DNA of 64,000 nt from Sphyrna mokarran. Its lineage: Eukaryota. A program made the position numbers and the translations under genes. The DNA lies in the NCBI GenBank assembly GCA_024679065.1, contig JAGIQG010000009.1, forward strand, positions 107,570,001 to 107,634,000, in the 5' to 3' direction. The notes below the pieces were generated by a model. The model had not been told where the DNA came from, did no database searches, and saw nothing but the letters and a program-made list of their open reading frames with translations. Shown piece by piece: positions 1 through 14,100 of this stretch (position 1 is the first letter of the stretch; each line of letters opens with the position of its first letter).

Positions 1-314
1 GCTCTGGGAACACAGTTACAGCTTATGTTCAATAAATTAATGTAAACAATCTGGAATATAATGTTTTTTCGTGTTAATGACCATCGTCGTATTATCGTCA
101 AAATCCAGGTACATTATTAATGCCTGTTAGGGAAGGAAATCCACCATCTTTACCCGTTCTGATCTACATGTTGGTCGAAACCCTTCGAGTTTTGCTTGAC
201 CCTTAAGTTCCCTTTGAGATGGCCTCGCGAGCTTCTCATTCCAATGGAAATTACCGATAGGTAACAAATGCTGGCCTTACTTTCCATTTCTCTCAATTTT
301 AAAATCGAAGTTAC

Positions 315-369
315 CGATCAGAATAGTAAAAAGATATGCGGATAAATTCTGAACATGACTTCTGCTTTA
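315..369 (-). pseudogene. Probable leader exon of a fourth paralog, carrying a 1-nt frameshift; the gene body would lie left of the window
   Basis: Acceptor ttctgttccttag 13 nt before the ATG at 356, then ATG TTC AGA ATT TAT CCG CAT ATC TTTTT ACT ATT CTG ATC G|gtaact. One extra T would give MFRIYPHIFFTILI, phase 1, 43 nt. Confidence 0.45.
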
Positions 370-1182
370 CTAAGGAACAGAACGATAAAAATCTACTTAC
401 TTTAATTTGACAGAGAAATTTACGGTCGACTTCTGCAATTATCTTTCGCCTGTACTGTAAAAGAATTATTTGTGGAACAAATACAGGAAGCATGATGCCT
501 TATAACGATTAAAGAGGCTTGTCAGCATTTTCTAGAAGAACAAGAAAGGGAGATTAGGAACTGAAATTCATGGCAATTACAGACAACATGGTCTAATAAC
601 TCCATATGGAGTATCACTGAACAGAACAGAGTAGGATCCGGGTCCCTCAGAGCGATTAAGATTATTCCAAGCAATAAATGACATTGATACTGATTAGGTG
701 CATTGGCCATACTAAATTCTCCATCCGCGTACTCGAACAGGCTCTACAGGTTGGTGACTAGAGGATTTTCACAGTAACCTCATTGCTGATTTTGTCCATT
801 TGTTGAATTCAAGTTGCTGTTAGATGCATGTGTATCGATCTACTCTATTATTTAAGTACAGTAACAATATAGAATGCTACTCTCATTGATATTTCAGTCT
901 CCAAGTATTTGTCAATATGCTGTTGCAAGTTTCATTGCTTTGATAGTTCATGAGATGACTGAATCCTCGCGGAATGATCAAAGTAGCCAGTTACGGAATC
1001 AGAAACTGCAGTTACTATAAGAAATTGAGATAGTGAAGATCCTTGTTTGCATTTTATGGAAAGCTCTGCTGTAATAGTTTATAAAAATGAGTAAGCTTAA
1101 ACTGTCGCCCTCTACAAGCATTCGAATGAAGGCAGGAGTAGACCATGCGGCCCCCTTGAACCTGCTCCATCATTGGATAAAA

Positions 1183-2345
1183 TCATAGAACATAGAACAC
1201 TACAGCACAAACAGGCCCTTCGGTCCACAAGTTGTGCCGATCATATCTAAAACTACCAGGCCATAGAACTATCTGTAACTCCCAATCCTATTAAATCTCA
1301 TGTATTCATCCAGAAGTCTCTTAAAAGACCCCAGCGAGTTCGCCTCCACCACCACTGACTGCAACCGATTCCATTCACTCACCACCCCCTGAGTGAAAAA
1401 ACTTACCTCTAATATCTCCTCTGTACTTGCCTCCCAGCACCTTAAACATGTGTCCTCTCGTAGCGATCATTTCAGCCCTGGGAAATAGCCTCTGAGAATC
1501 CACTCTATCTATTCCTCTCAACATCTTATAAACCTCTATCAGGTCACTTCTCAACCTTTGTCTCTCCAGGGAGAAGAGACCTAGCTCTCTCAACCCAAAA
1601 GACATGCCCCCCAATCCCCAGGCATCATCCTTGTAAATCTCCTCTGCACGTCTCAATAGCTTCCACATCTTTCCTATAGTGAGGCGACCAGAACTGCACA
1701 CAGTACTCCAAGTAGGGCCTGACAAGGGACTTATAAAATTGCAGCATTACCTCCCGACTCCTAAAATCAATCCCTCTATTAATGAAGGCTAGTACACCAT
1801 ATGCCTTCTTGGCCACATCGTCCACTTGCAGGGCAGATTTAAGAGTCCTGTGGACCCGGATCCCAAGATCCTTCTGCTCCTCAACAGTGCCAAGACTCCT
1901 ACCCTTGATATTATACTGCTTCAACCCATTGGTCCTGCTAAAATGGACCACCACACATTTATCCGCGTTGAAGTCCATCTGCCACTTCTCCGCCCAGTCT
2001 TGCACCCTATCTATGTCTCGCTGCAACTTCAGACATCCCTCCAGACTATCCACAACACCACCAACCTTCGTATCATTGGCGAACTTACTAACCCATCTCT
2101 CCACTTCCTCATCCAGGTCATTTATGAAAATGACAAACAGCAAGGATCCTAGAACAGATCCCTGGGGCACTCCACTGGTGACTGATCTCCATGCAGAAGA
2201 AAACCCATTCACAACCTCGCTCTGCCTTCTGCAGGCAAGCCAGTTTTGGATCCACAAGGCCAAAGCCTCTTGGAACGCATGCCCTCTCACCTTCTCAAGA
2301 AGTCTTGCATGGGAGACCTTATCAAACGTGTTGCTGAAATCCATC
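1183..2345 (-). mobile_element. CR1 LINE 3' fragment (RT, frameshifted), nested in an older CR1 3' end
   Basis: ORFs 1625-2383 and 1375-1725 have SGVPQGSVLG, KFANDTK and LGLFSLE, with a (ttctatg)n tail. The host CR1 tail continues at ~1125-1183 and ~2343-2690. Confidence 0.93.
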
Positions 2346-2703
2346 ATGGCTAATCTGCCTGTAGCCTCAGCTCCACATTCCACCTTCCACCGTTAACACT
2401 TGTCTGCTTTATTAGCATTGACCCTAAGTTAGACTTAAGATTATCCATTAACTCTACCCCTACTGCTCTCCAAGGAAAAGTATTCTAAAGACTGACAAGC
2501 CTCTGAGAGAATATAAAATTTGCTCCTCCCCATCTGGAACGTGAGACTAATTCTTTTAAAAACTCTATCTCCTAATTCTGGTCTCTCCCACAAGCAAAAC
2601 CATCCTTTCAGCCTCCATTCACTCAAGATCCGCATGATCTTATGTGTTTCAGTCGGGACACATTGAAATTGCCACATAGTCTTCTGAATTCGAACTGTCC
2701 CAG

Positions 2704-3005
2704 CACTGACACAGTGGTTAGTGACAGGGTTGCAGGTTCAATTCCAGTCTCGGGTCATTGTCGATGGCGACTTTACACGATCTCCCCTTGTCTGCATGGG
2801 TTTCCTCCGGGTGCTCCAGTTTATTCCCACAGTCCAACGATGTGCGGGTTAGGTGAATTGGCTATGCTAAATTGCTCCTTCGTGCTAGCGGACTAGCAGG
2901 GCAAATGCTTGGTGTTAGCGGGATAGGATCTGTGTCGGATTGTTATCGCTGCAGGCTCGATGGGCTGAATGGCCTCCTTTTGCACAGCAGAGATTCTATG
3001 GTTCT
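2704..3005 (+). mobile_element. HE1-like tRNA-derived V-SINE (CR1-type tail)
   Basis: tRNA-like head (cagtggttag..ggttcaattcc), V domain (gggtttcctccgggtgctcc), and gattctatg tail. Confidence 0.8.
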
Positions 3006-3035
3006 ACGAATAGAGTTCTGTTATCTCACACTTAC

Positions 3036-3206
3036 GTCCCAGAGTTCTCCTTTTGTTGTCTATAAAACATTAGACTTAGACACGCCGAAAGTCGCGATCA
3101 CTCAACCTCACCTGTCTATAAATAGTGCAGAATCTGAAAAGAGTTATTTTGCAAACATATAGGACATTTTTCGGGAATTCCATGAAGGGTAAGCAGTTCC
3201 CATGAA
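3036..3206 (-). promoter_or_regulatory. Candidate promoter and non-coding exon 1 of the fourth paralog
   Basis: Donor AC|gtaagt at 3035, TATA-like TATTTATAG near 3120, and GAS motifs TTCCATGAA (3178-3186) and TTCCCATGAA (3197-3206). Confidence 0.3.
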
Positions 3207-3781
3207 AAAGCAGTCTTTGTCTGTAATGTAGTTTTAATACTGCACGCAAAAAACCTTCCCTCAGCAGATCTGGTGCCATTTTTTATTCAAAAAGTTGCTT
3301 AGAATTAAATGCGAGGACAAAATGAATCACTATTTCCTGTTGTCAGTCATGTCGTGTTTTCTGGTAAGTCATTGCCTAATAAAGAAAGATGGCACTCAAA
3401 TTTAGTGAACTGGACGAAGATTGCAATTCAACCGTACTTGGTTTACGCAGATAGCTTTAATAAAAAGAGATGAAAAAATTGTGATTCTTTCCCAACCATT
3501 ACGAATAAATTTTATTACCAGTGGCGATGCCTGCATATCTTATATTGCATGCTTGAGAAAAAGAAAAAGCAGTATTTGGTTCACTTTGATGAACAGCGCT
3601 TACTTGCAAAATGCAGTGCTGGTTCTAGGCCGAAGCGAAACTTACTAAATTAGGATTATCTTCAAAATAAGAGAATGCGGCAATACACAATTGCGTTTCA
3701 TATTCATAGAAATCCAATTTCCCTCGCCCTGTAGGGAGAAGACGCATTCACCTTCAGCAACCAAAATGAAGAAGTTTAGTT

Positions 3782-4597
3782 TTTTTTTCAAAAATAAATT
3801 TTATTCATAAAGAATTTCAATTAAATCATTGCAAACCTACATATCTAAATGTTCCAAACAATGCAGAAAAAGTCATTTTTACAGTCCTATACAAAATTAC
3901 AGTCATTACATTTCAAAGCTTAAAACTATATATATGCCTCAGATTTTACTGTGTGCCGTTATGTCTCAGATCGGCACACAGTTACGCAGCCCATAAGTAT
4001 TCTGCAGTTACTGGCCTCTCGGTCTGCTTCCGTTAAAAGGCCTTATAGTGTGGCCTTTCCCCATTGTGCCATTGCGTTGGCTGCCCCAAGTTTGACACGT
4101 CCCTCAGCGCGTAGTCCTGGACCTTGGAATGTGCCAGTCTGCAACACTCGGTCGAAGACAGTTCTTTCAACGGGAAGATCACAAAAGTGCGCCCTTCACC
4201 AAGTTAATGACCCTCCAATAGCAGTGCATAGGTGTGCTTCCCAGGAAACAGCCCGTAGAGCACACAATCCTGCGTCACGGAACTACTCCAGATGAAACTC
4301 GACAAATACCACTGCACCTCACTTCAGACCTTCTTTGCAAAGGCACATTACATAAGGAGGTTTGCCACCATCTCGTCAGCCCGCAGCCGCTTCGAGGGCA
4401 GCATGCAGTGATGTTGAGACCTCGAGCGTGTATAAAGGGTCTGACGGAGGGAAGTGCCCTTCTCACACCAGCCAAGCCAGATCTTGGTGCTTGTTTGTGA
4501 GTTCTGGTGATAAGGCATTCTGCCAGATGACACTGACAGTCTGTTCAGGGAGCCATCCAACAAGATCCACTGTCTTAGTGCATCCAGGATGTTACAC
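3782..4597 (-). mobile_element. L1/Tx1-type LINE 3' fragment with poly(A) tail and 17-bp target-site duplication (TSD)
   Basis: C-terminal Cys-rich zinc-binding motif (CPRSGCG..), poly-T at the left end, and AATGAAGAAGTTTAGTT at both 3765-3781 and 4598-4614. Confidence 0.85.
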
Positions 4598-5699
4598 AAT
4601 GAAGAAGTTTAGTTACACGGCCCAAGTAGAGAGGGCAGCCAAGAGGGCAGCTATCCAATGGACTACTGTTCAACTGAATTGGCAAAGACAGCGTGTTATG
4701 AGAGCTACTTCTAGGTTCACAAGACCCATCACGAAATGTGATGGACTGCGTGAATGATGGTTCACGAAGTCACAGGTCTGGTATGTTTAAAAACACGAAT
4801 TTTACTCAAAAAACAATATCAGCACAATGATCTGATATTTACACCAGTTGCTTGTACAACATGGCAACATTAGATTGGTAAATGATTACTTTGCTTTAAG
4901 TTGACTGTCCTTCTCCATACTTAATCAGCAGACAATGCACTAAGAGAAGGCTTCTAAGGTACTTTTCAAGATCTTTGTAGGCAAGACTGACATAGAAAGG
5001 AACTGATTGTTCATATGTATTACTAAACCTAATCCGGGAATGATCATCACTCACTTATGTTATAAGCCAGGTTAGAAACTCCAGGGGGTTTTAAGAAGTC
5101 AGCCGAAACCATTTTTTGATTTTTTGAAATCAAAGTTTTGCGCACAAGTAAGATTTTTCAGTCCAGGTATGATTAACATGACACACTAGGGAGCTTTTAT
5201 TAAACAAAGTTTGTTTAAGAATACAGTTAACACGTAGAAGGAAAATTAGCAATTACAATTACAAACAAGAAAAAATGTAACCATGATACTGTACAAACCA
5301 TGATACAGCCACGAATGCTGTTCCAACACAACTTTCTTACAAACATACAGCTCCAGCGTAGGTTTAGCACAGAAAATACATTAGGTCACGTGATGCTGGA
5401 TCTTGCGTCTATAGCAACAACAGAAGACGCCGCTATAGACTTCACAGTGCCCATTGCAAAATAAAAAATACAGGCTTGCTTTCAACCCGCAGAGAACATA
5501 ATTAAAAATACACTTCTTAAAGGGCACAGCAGCGTGACATGTACCATCGGAATGTTGTCAAATATGGGCTAATATCTGTGCGGCTGCTGGTCCACTGAAA
5601 CAGTAAATCGCTTTTATTTTATGCAAGATCTTCCAATTAACTTAAATGAAGAACTATTATTTCACTGGTGATGGGCAGATTCCAAGAAAATATAGGGCA

Positions 5700-5920
5700 T
5701 TGATAGATAGACAGACAGATTGGCAGACAGGTAGACAGATAGATGGACAGACAGGCAGAGAGACAAATAGATAGATAGATGGATAGATGAATTGATAGAT
5801 AGGCTGACAGTCAGAGAGACCGGCAAACACACAGACAGATGGGATAGATAGATAAATAGATAGATAGATAGATAGACAGACAGATCAGTAGAAGGTAGAT
5901 GGATGGATAGATAGATGATT
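5700..5920. repeat. (GATA/GACA)n microsatellite
   Basis: Visible tetranucleotide runs. Confidence 0.9.
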
Positions 5921-7951
5921 GACTTATTGAATAAACGTCCTGACACTGCTTCCAATATATGGCGAAGAAAAAATGAATTAACTATAATCTACAACAAAGC
6001 TTCAGACAAACATTACGAAGCATGTCTAAGATAATAGAAGTTACCACAGTGACGTGCAGACGAAGCAAAGGTTCGTTTGAACTATGTGTTTTATTTTAAA
6101 ATCCATAGTCTCTGCATTGCCAGACTGAATTCATTCAGGTTTCAGTCTTTGATTGTAATGAGTCTGTGACAATACTCGGTCATTTCACTTTAGACGGATT
6201 TACTTCAATTAGAAATATGTGGAAGAATTCGTTACAACTAGAATTTTACATGTGGTCCAGTTACAATCAGTTTCATGTTGTTCAGTTTTGATTTAAGTAC
6301 ATTTTGTGTCTGCGTACATATGCGTTAGCAGATCTTTAGAATCATAGAAACCCGACAGTATTTGGCCCATCTGCATCGACCCTCTGAAAGAGCATCTCAC
6401 CAAGCCCCAATCTCCATAAACCCAAGTATTTGCCAATCCACATAACGTCCACATTTATGTATACTAAGGGGCAATTTAGCATGACTATTCAACCTAACCT
6501 CTACATTTTTGGTCTGTGGAGAGATGGCGTGCGGACTGTCACCCAAATTCGGACGGCCATTTTGCCACAGTGCCACCATGTCAGCATGTCTTTGATAAGT
6601 CAAAATGACAAGGGGTAGGGAGCGACAAGCACAACTATTACAAGTGATGATCCTGTATCGAATCGCATCATGAAACATGGTGGCAATACATAAAAGGTTA
6701 GCTGCAAGCGCCATTTGCGTCAAAAGGTTTTGGTAAATCTCATTATTGAGTAATGATAGGAGGACTAATGATAGGAGGACTTGTTAAATCTCATTATTGT
6801 ATAATGGTAGGAGGACTACTGTTGCTCACAGCCTAAATCGAATCTCATATAAGATGCCTTAACTTGCAGAGTGAGCGTGCAAAGCGGAGTAAACTCAACG
6901 CTGAACAGCAAAGTCAACAACAAATGCTTAGAGAAAAGGACAAGAAAACTTGAAAATAAATTCATGTTTCATTCTCTGCGATAAACAGCCAAGCTTTCAG
7001 TTAGAATTCCCCTTGCTTTTTTCCATTAAAATGAATATTCTTCAATGAAGCACACCCTTTTCTGTAAAGCAGCTAGCATCGGAATTTAACCACAGAGCTG
7101 CATACATGTATATTTTATAGCATATATTTATATTTAATGATAATGAAGAAGAAAATACAATAAATGTTGGCTAATAATGAGGGATAGATCTTCCGCTTGT
7201 GCTTTTATGTTGTTTTGTGTTCCTTGTACGATTGACATTATCTGACTCTTGACATCTTTTCCTGCCTTCGCTGGGGGAAAAAATACAACATGGTGTAAGA
7301 GCGTTAACACTATCAATGTCAGCTTTGTTTTTTTCAGAAATTAGGAGATAAAATTACTTAAATTAGGAATTTGAGACATATAAAATTGGCAATGATAGCG
7401 CCACCTAATAGACTTTCTACAATAATTCAGAATACAATCTTTTATTGGTAAACCACTTAAATATAAAAGGAGTTGGGGCGGGAGGGGGTGACTGAAGAGC
7501 TAATGGAGGGCATATGATCAGACCCGGGCGCAAGTGATGTTGGGACACATTGTATATGCTTCTCCCTGTGTACATTTAACAGCTAGAGCCTTGGGCAGCA
7601 TGGTAGCACAGTGATTAGCACTGCTACCTCAGATAGGCAGGGATCTCAGTTTGATTTCTGCCTTGGGCACTGTCTGTGTGGAGCTTTCACGTCCTCTACG
7701 TGGCAGTGTGGGTTTCCTCTGGGTGTTCCAGTTTCCTCCCACAGTCTGAAAGATGTGCTGATTAGGGGCATTGGCCATGCTCCCTCAGTGTAGCCGACCA
7801 GGCATTGGTGTATGGCGACTTATGGATTTTCACAGTGACTTCAATATGGTGGTGAACCTACTTTTGACATTAATAGGTAAACTAAAAAAAAACACTTCTG
7901 CTGCCACTTGATAATCAACTTCAAATACAATTTGTCCAAAATGTCAATCGG

Positions 7952-7957
7952 TTTATT
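7952..7957 (-). terminator. Poly(A) signal AATAAA immediately after the gene A stop codon
   Basis: The minus strand reads TAA AATAAA. Confidence 0.55.
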
Positions 7958-8160
7958 TTAACTTTTTACCATGAGACGCCTGCCAGCTGTGGTATCTTCT
8001 TCACGCTCTGCAGTGAGAAGCTTAGGAGAACTTCGAAACTCGCGGCAATATACGAGAGATATCGTTATCATGATTAACACAGCAAACACTGCAAGCCTCA
8101 CTCCCAACGTAATCAGTTGCCTTTGCAGCGAACGTCCGGTTCCGTCGTGCTGCTCCCGGT
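7958..8160 (-). CDS. Gene A stalk/TM/cytoplasmic terminal exon (TM Arg)
   Basis: ttctccacag|AC CGG... encodes DREQHDGTGRSLQRQLITLGVRLAVFAVLIMITISLVYCREFRSSPKLLTAEREEDTTAGRRLMVKS*. It is 203 nt long and colinear with the gene B terminal exon. Confidence 0.88.
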
Positions 8161-11100
8161 CTGTGGAGAATGAACAGTCAAATTGTTTTATTCATTTCAC
8201 TCGATCAGCTTATCGAAATATGTTATCAATTGTGTTACCAATTTCTTGTGCACTGATTGCACCGGAGATTCTTCATAACGTATTGTGTTCAAAGTTAGAT
8301 GCCTCGGAAAAGTATAATTTAGGACGCCAGACACCCCGAGCATACTCTCTTCCGTCTTCTTCCGTTGGGAGAAAAATTTTAAAAAGTCTAAGATCACATA
8401 CAGCAGGGTCAAGAACAGCTTCTTCCATGTTGCCATCGGACTTTCGACCGGAAACAAAAAATGCTGGAAAATCTCAGCAGGTCAACGTTTTGAGTCAGAA
8501 CTGAAAGGAGAGCAATGAAAATCAGACGAGATGTCTACTATGAGGATAGGGGAGAGGGGGGGGGGAGGTGGTGGTGTTTGGGGGCTGTAGTTGGATAGAC
8601 CAAATGTAAATGATGATGACAAAGCCTGAGAAAGTGCTAAAAGTGTTCCTTACTGATCGAAATGTGTGAATGAGAACAGAGTTAAAGAGATCTCCCAGTC
8701 TGCGTTTGGTGCCTTCGATGTACGCTCTGGGCTAGCCTAAACTGGAGAGTCAAACATGGACTGGGTCACTGCTTATAGAACATATTCGATCCATCTGCAA
8801 GCAGGCTCCAGACCTTCCTGTCGCTTGCTATTTCAGCACACCACCCTGCTCTCCCGTCCACTTGTCCATCCTCGGCCTTTTGCAATATTCTCGTGAACCC
8901 CAACTTAAACTGGAGGAACAGCAGCTCATCTTCTGATTGGGCATTTTATTACCTTCTGGACTGAGTATTGAGTTCAACAACTTCAAGGGATGAACTTGCT
9001 CCCTCACCTCCACCCCCATTTCCATTCTTTTTACTTTTCGCCTCATTCACCGATTTTAATCAACTTTCATTCGTATTTCTATTTTTCAATTCTCAAATCC
9101 GCTCCCCATCTTATCTCCAATTCCTCCCTCCTCTCCCACTTCCGTCTCCGCCTTCAGGGCAACTCCCATATTCCTCAAGCATTCTTTGACAATCTGTGCC
9201 TAGTTCTGCCATTCATACTTTTCGATTATTTGATGGACACTTTTCGCATATTTCTCAGCCTTCGTTATCACCAGTTGCATTTGCTCTATCCAACTAACCC
9301 CTCACCTCTTGCTCCCTACATGCCACCCACCCACCCACCCCCCCTCCCACCACCCTGGCACCTTCATAGTATAAGTCTCTCCTGACCTTTTTTTCTTCTC
9401 AGCTCTGAGGGATGGTCATCCAGACTCGAAACCACCTCGCTCGCTCCGGAATTGGGCGGGTGAGGCTCGCAGAATTAAATTCTCCGTTGGCCTCGGGCGG
9501 GACTTTACGAGCCTTGCCAAACTTGATCATAAAATCCCGGCCAGGCTCTATCCTTCTTTCACAGACGCTGTCAGACCGACTGAGATTTTTTTTGCATTTT
9601 CTATTTTGTTTCAAGTTCCAGCAACCGCAGCATTTTGCCTTTAGACTTTTGAATGGACTTACCTAATATTAAGTTAATCGTTCGCTACCTAGCTATAGCC
9701 CTACATTCTGCACCCTCTTCTTTCCTTCCCTCCATGTACTATATGAACGACATGCTATGTCTCTATTCCGTGCAAGAGCCAATACTATTCATTAAACACC
9801 AACATAAGTGATAATACAAATCATGTCAAAACAAATTTTGCGCCAGTGATTCACTGAGTCCTTCCACTTTGTCCTGAACCCTGATGTTAACTTCCCCTCA
9901 TGGCTCAGTCATTCACTTAGTCCTTTAAGCTGTTATCTGATTCAGAGGATTGAGCAATGTTTTATTTCGTCAAAGGGTCTGGGAATTACGAGGCATATAA
10001 GATTATTATAGCTTTGTGTCTGTAGTTTTAAATGAATTGGGTCATATGTCTTGCTCTGCAGTCTGTCCGCGAGTCAGCTTCACTGGTTTCATTCTTACAG
10101 ATCAAAGGAAGGCTTCGATTATAAAATTGAATAACAAATGCATTTCTTTTGGGGAAAATTACATCAGTGCTGGAGCTTACAATGAGCACAGTCCGAAATT
10201 TCCACTCGTCCAGAAAGGCGCTGAAGCACCGAGTTGTAAACAGTTGTGCTGTAAATTGTCTATTTACCACTAAGATGAAAGGAAGCTGCCATTCAGAATT
10301 CACAAGTTAGTGTTTCTACCCAGGGAGGAAGCTAATGCATTCCACGCTTTCACGGGGAAGAGGGCAGAAAAGGTCAATTCTGACACCAGTTGAAAGGCTT
10401 CCGTACAAATTATTGAATATCACAGGCAGACAGCAGTTCTGTGCGGCCAGCAACCAAAAACATTGCTGGGCTTTATGAGGTATTCCAGATAAATGACGGA
10501 AGAGGTGGTCAGTGATTGAATAGGCCCTTCCTCTCGTCTGGTCACTCGTAGCTGCTATTTTAGGCCAGCCCATTGGAAACAGGTAGCGATCGTGAACTGT
10601 TTTATATTTATGAGTCATGAGGAAGGTTTGCATTAACACTGCAATGAAGTTACTGTGAAATTCCCTGAGTCGCCACATCCGACTCCTGTTCGGGTCAATG
10701 CGCCTGATTAGTGTCTTTCAAAATGTGGGAGAAAACCAGAGCATCCGGCGAAAACCCTCGCGGGTACGGGGAGAACGTGCAACGTCCACACAGACAGTGG
10801 CTCAAGCCAGGAATTGAACCCGGGATCTCGCCTATCGTGCCACCAAAAATCCTGTAATTCATTGTAGAGTGTGATGAAGACAAAAAGAAAAACATCAGTT
10901 TCTGACATTTAAAACGTAAGGAGCACACAAAAAGTGTTCAGTCAGTATTGTTTCGTTACAGTCAAAGTTTTAAAACATGAGCTGGTGACCTGTTGACCTT
11001 TTGGCAATTCAGCGGAAATGCGGAATTGTTCCTAAGGATTGTCAGCCTCCCCGCGGATTGCAGCAGGGAATACCTTCAGAGTTATGGCTTGGAATAGGAG

Positions 11101-14100
11101 GAAGCAATTAATATCCTTCGCACCTTTCGTTTTTCAATGGGATCATGGCAGATATGTGACCGTGTCTTTGCTGGGTATAGCTGATGTGAACTTAAATGTA
11201 CCAAAGTTGTGTGTCTGCTTATCCATATGTATCTAACGTATGGGGAAGGCGACTTCAGTTGACTGGCCGTTCGATGTGTGTGTGTGTGTGTGCGTGTGTG
11301 TGTGCGTGTGTTATTCCACGTGCGCTGGAATAACGCCAAATGCCTTGGGGTCGACTCTGCTTCCAGCTGAAGAGGGTTTGTGACCTGCCTCCTCTCTCTC
11401 CTCCTTAGCAAAAATTCGAGGTCCGCCATGATTGTTGACTTTGGAAAAATGGAAGATGCTACTTGATTAGAAAGAATCAGCAATAGCGAATATAAACACG
11501 TGCCTATATTCCTATGGTGGAAGAGATGTATGTGTACACATACTTGTGTGTCAGCATCAAGTCAAGATTACACCTTTAGCCACAATTGGTTTTAAATAAA
11601 ACAGGAATACTCGTGAACGTACGTCAGACTGAACAATAATAGGAACAACAGGCATTTCTAACATTTTTCACACGGATTCAACCAAGGAAACATAAAGATG
11701 TTAAAAAGAATGATCAAATACGTCGGTTTATTGAAGGGGAGTTAGAGATAAGAGTGGGAGAGAGGAGTGGGAGGGACAGAAATCTAGAACTGAGCGACCT
11801 TGCAGTACAAGGCTTCCAATAGTGAAAGGATGTAAATCGGGAGGCCAGTTTTGCCGAATGATAAATACAATGGGGTGAATAATATAAGGGCCGATGACAT
11901 CTTTCTCCCCGCGCACGACATGGGCCGGAAGCACGTCAACCAGCCCCACATCCATAAAGCATTGTGGAGCTATTTAGCGAGGTCTAAGTGGTACACCCGT
12001 CTCACATTGGATCTGTTCAATCCAATTGGAAGGTGTGAATGGCAACTGCCTGATCCGAAGGTGAAGAGAGGAATCTAAAGCTATTCTATCCTGAGAAATA
12101 TTCCTGGGGTCTTGGGGGTAGAGGTTTTTGGGAGTATCCGGGGCTATCAGGTGGAATAAGGTGGGTTTAGGAGGAGAGAGATGATAGGAAGAGTGGGGCT
12201 AGTGGAGGGACGGCATTCAGCCTAAGGAGCCCTATTTCCCTTTACTCGTTTCAGATTAAAAATCGGGTTTTCTGCCATTATGCCCGAGGCAAACGCATTA
12301 TATCCAGAAATAAATCAAATTGTCAGACACATTGAAATACGATTCGTCGATTTGCACATTTAACGTATGTTCATGGCTAATATAAAAACAATGTTAGAAT
12401 AGATACTTTGATGGAGTACATCAGAAGCAAATTATTTAGCTATATAATTAAGTAAATGAATGTTCATTTCCAAACGTTCTTCATAACTAGTATCTCAGAA
12501 TTGAAGGATCATAGATTCCCTATAATGCATTAGGAGTTCATTCAGCCCATTGCGCTTGCATCGACCACAATCCCACCCAAGCCCTATCCACATGACCTCA
12601 TGTGTTTGCCCTAGCTATTCCCTTGACACTAAGGGGCAAGTTAGTATGGCCAATCCATCTAATGCGCACATCTTCTTGACTGTGGGAGGAAACCAGAGCA
12701 CCCTGAAGAAACCTACCCAGATACAGGGAGAATGTACAATCTCCACACTGACAGCACGGTGACACAGTAGTTTGCACAGTTGCCTCACAACGCCAGGGAC
12801 CCGCTTTCAATTCCGGTGTCGTGTCACTAACGGTGTGGAGCTTGCATATTTTCCCCATGTCTGTGTAGGTTTTCTCCGGGTGTTCCAGCTTCCTCCCACA
12901 GTCGAAAGATGTGTAGGTTGGGTGGATTGGCCATGTTAAATTAACTCTTTGTATCAGGCGGATTAGTTAGGGTAAATGCATGGAATGACAGGAATAGAGC
13001 TTGGGTGGGATTGTGGCTGGTGCAGATTTGATGGGCTGAATTGCCTCCTTCTGCATTATAGTGATTCTATAGAATTCTATGGGATAATTGTAGACTGGAT
13101 AGTATAGGAACAATTAATTTGATTTATTTTTGAAAAGAATAATTGTAAAGAAAGGCTGATGGTAGCACATAGAAACATACCTTTAACAGTTACTTGTGTG
13201 CCCATTCCAGTTCCGCCACCACCTAGCGGTAAAAACACTTCACAATAATATATGCCGGAATCATTCTGATTTGCCTTTATGACTGTAATTTGGGTGGTGT
13301 TTAAATATTGTCCATGTTTCCTCAAAACCCGACCAAAAAATCCTTCAGATGTGTTCATAATAGCACTCTTTTCATAACCTGGTGCTTGCTTATACCAGTT
13401 GATTCCAAATACTGATAACACTTCAGGATCATTAAATGTACAAGAGATTTGAAACTCTTCCCCTTCTGTTACTTCGATAATCTGTGGGTTTTGAGTTACT
13501 TTGATGTCGGCAATAGCAACAGCTGTAAAACAGAAGTTCCAGTTATTTTGTTAGACAAACTTATTCTACACTCCAAACTCCTGTCCTGACCACTGGCAAA
13601 GAATTCAAATCTGGCTTATTACAAATTCAAACAAGGAATCCTCACTCACATCCTTCAACATTCAGAGGCTACATGACCATCGAATTTCCTTCCATTGACC
13701 ATGCGAATTCTCGGAGACATTCAAATTCCTGTCTAAGTGACATATTGTACATTGCCATCCTTTGGCCCCCGCTGAGCCAGTTTGCCAAGAACGTTAAACT
13801 GTTCACAGAATGACGGCATTATTTTGCCAGTTCAGTAAGGAGCTTGTAAGATCATTGCAGGAACATTATCAGATAAATCCTGTAAGGAGGGGTCAATGTT
13901 ATGAAGGTAGCACATCGGAGCACATACAAGGTGAATAACAATAGCAGAAAGTTATAATTAGCGCTAAGCGATCCAAAGCAAGCTAATCAGCTCAAATCTC
14001 TACAGTGCTTCCCAATCGGCAGCTTAATGGTGCCTGCATAAACATCTCCCATGCAGTTTGGTTGAAATTTCAGCCCTTCAGTCTATAACGAGTTTGAAAG

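Noticed and set aside
3322-3369. Plus-strand leader-like exon MNHYFLLSVMSCFL|gtaagt
   Set aside because: It is phase 0, lies on the opposite strand to the cluster, and I found no downstream plus-strand exon.
5443-5470. RSS-like CACAGTG heptamer followed by an A-rich nonamer
   Set aside because: The nonamer match is poor and it is not adjacent to any V or J exon. CACAGTG is also common in the SINE heads.
5058-5539. Possible solo LTR (TGT...ACA)
   Set aside because: No matching TSD and no second copy in the window, so it cannot be supported without a repeat library.
7238-7270. Alternative last exon for gene A (RRQEKMSRVR*) using the donor ATG|gtaaaa
   Set aside because: Read-through matches the gene B exon length exactly and is followed by AATAAA. 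It remains possible as a minor isoform but is unsupported.
7971-8504. 177-aa plus-strand ORF
   Set aside because: It is the antisense shadow of the gene A TM exon plus intron, with no recognisable domain.
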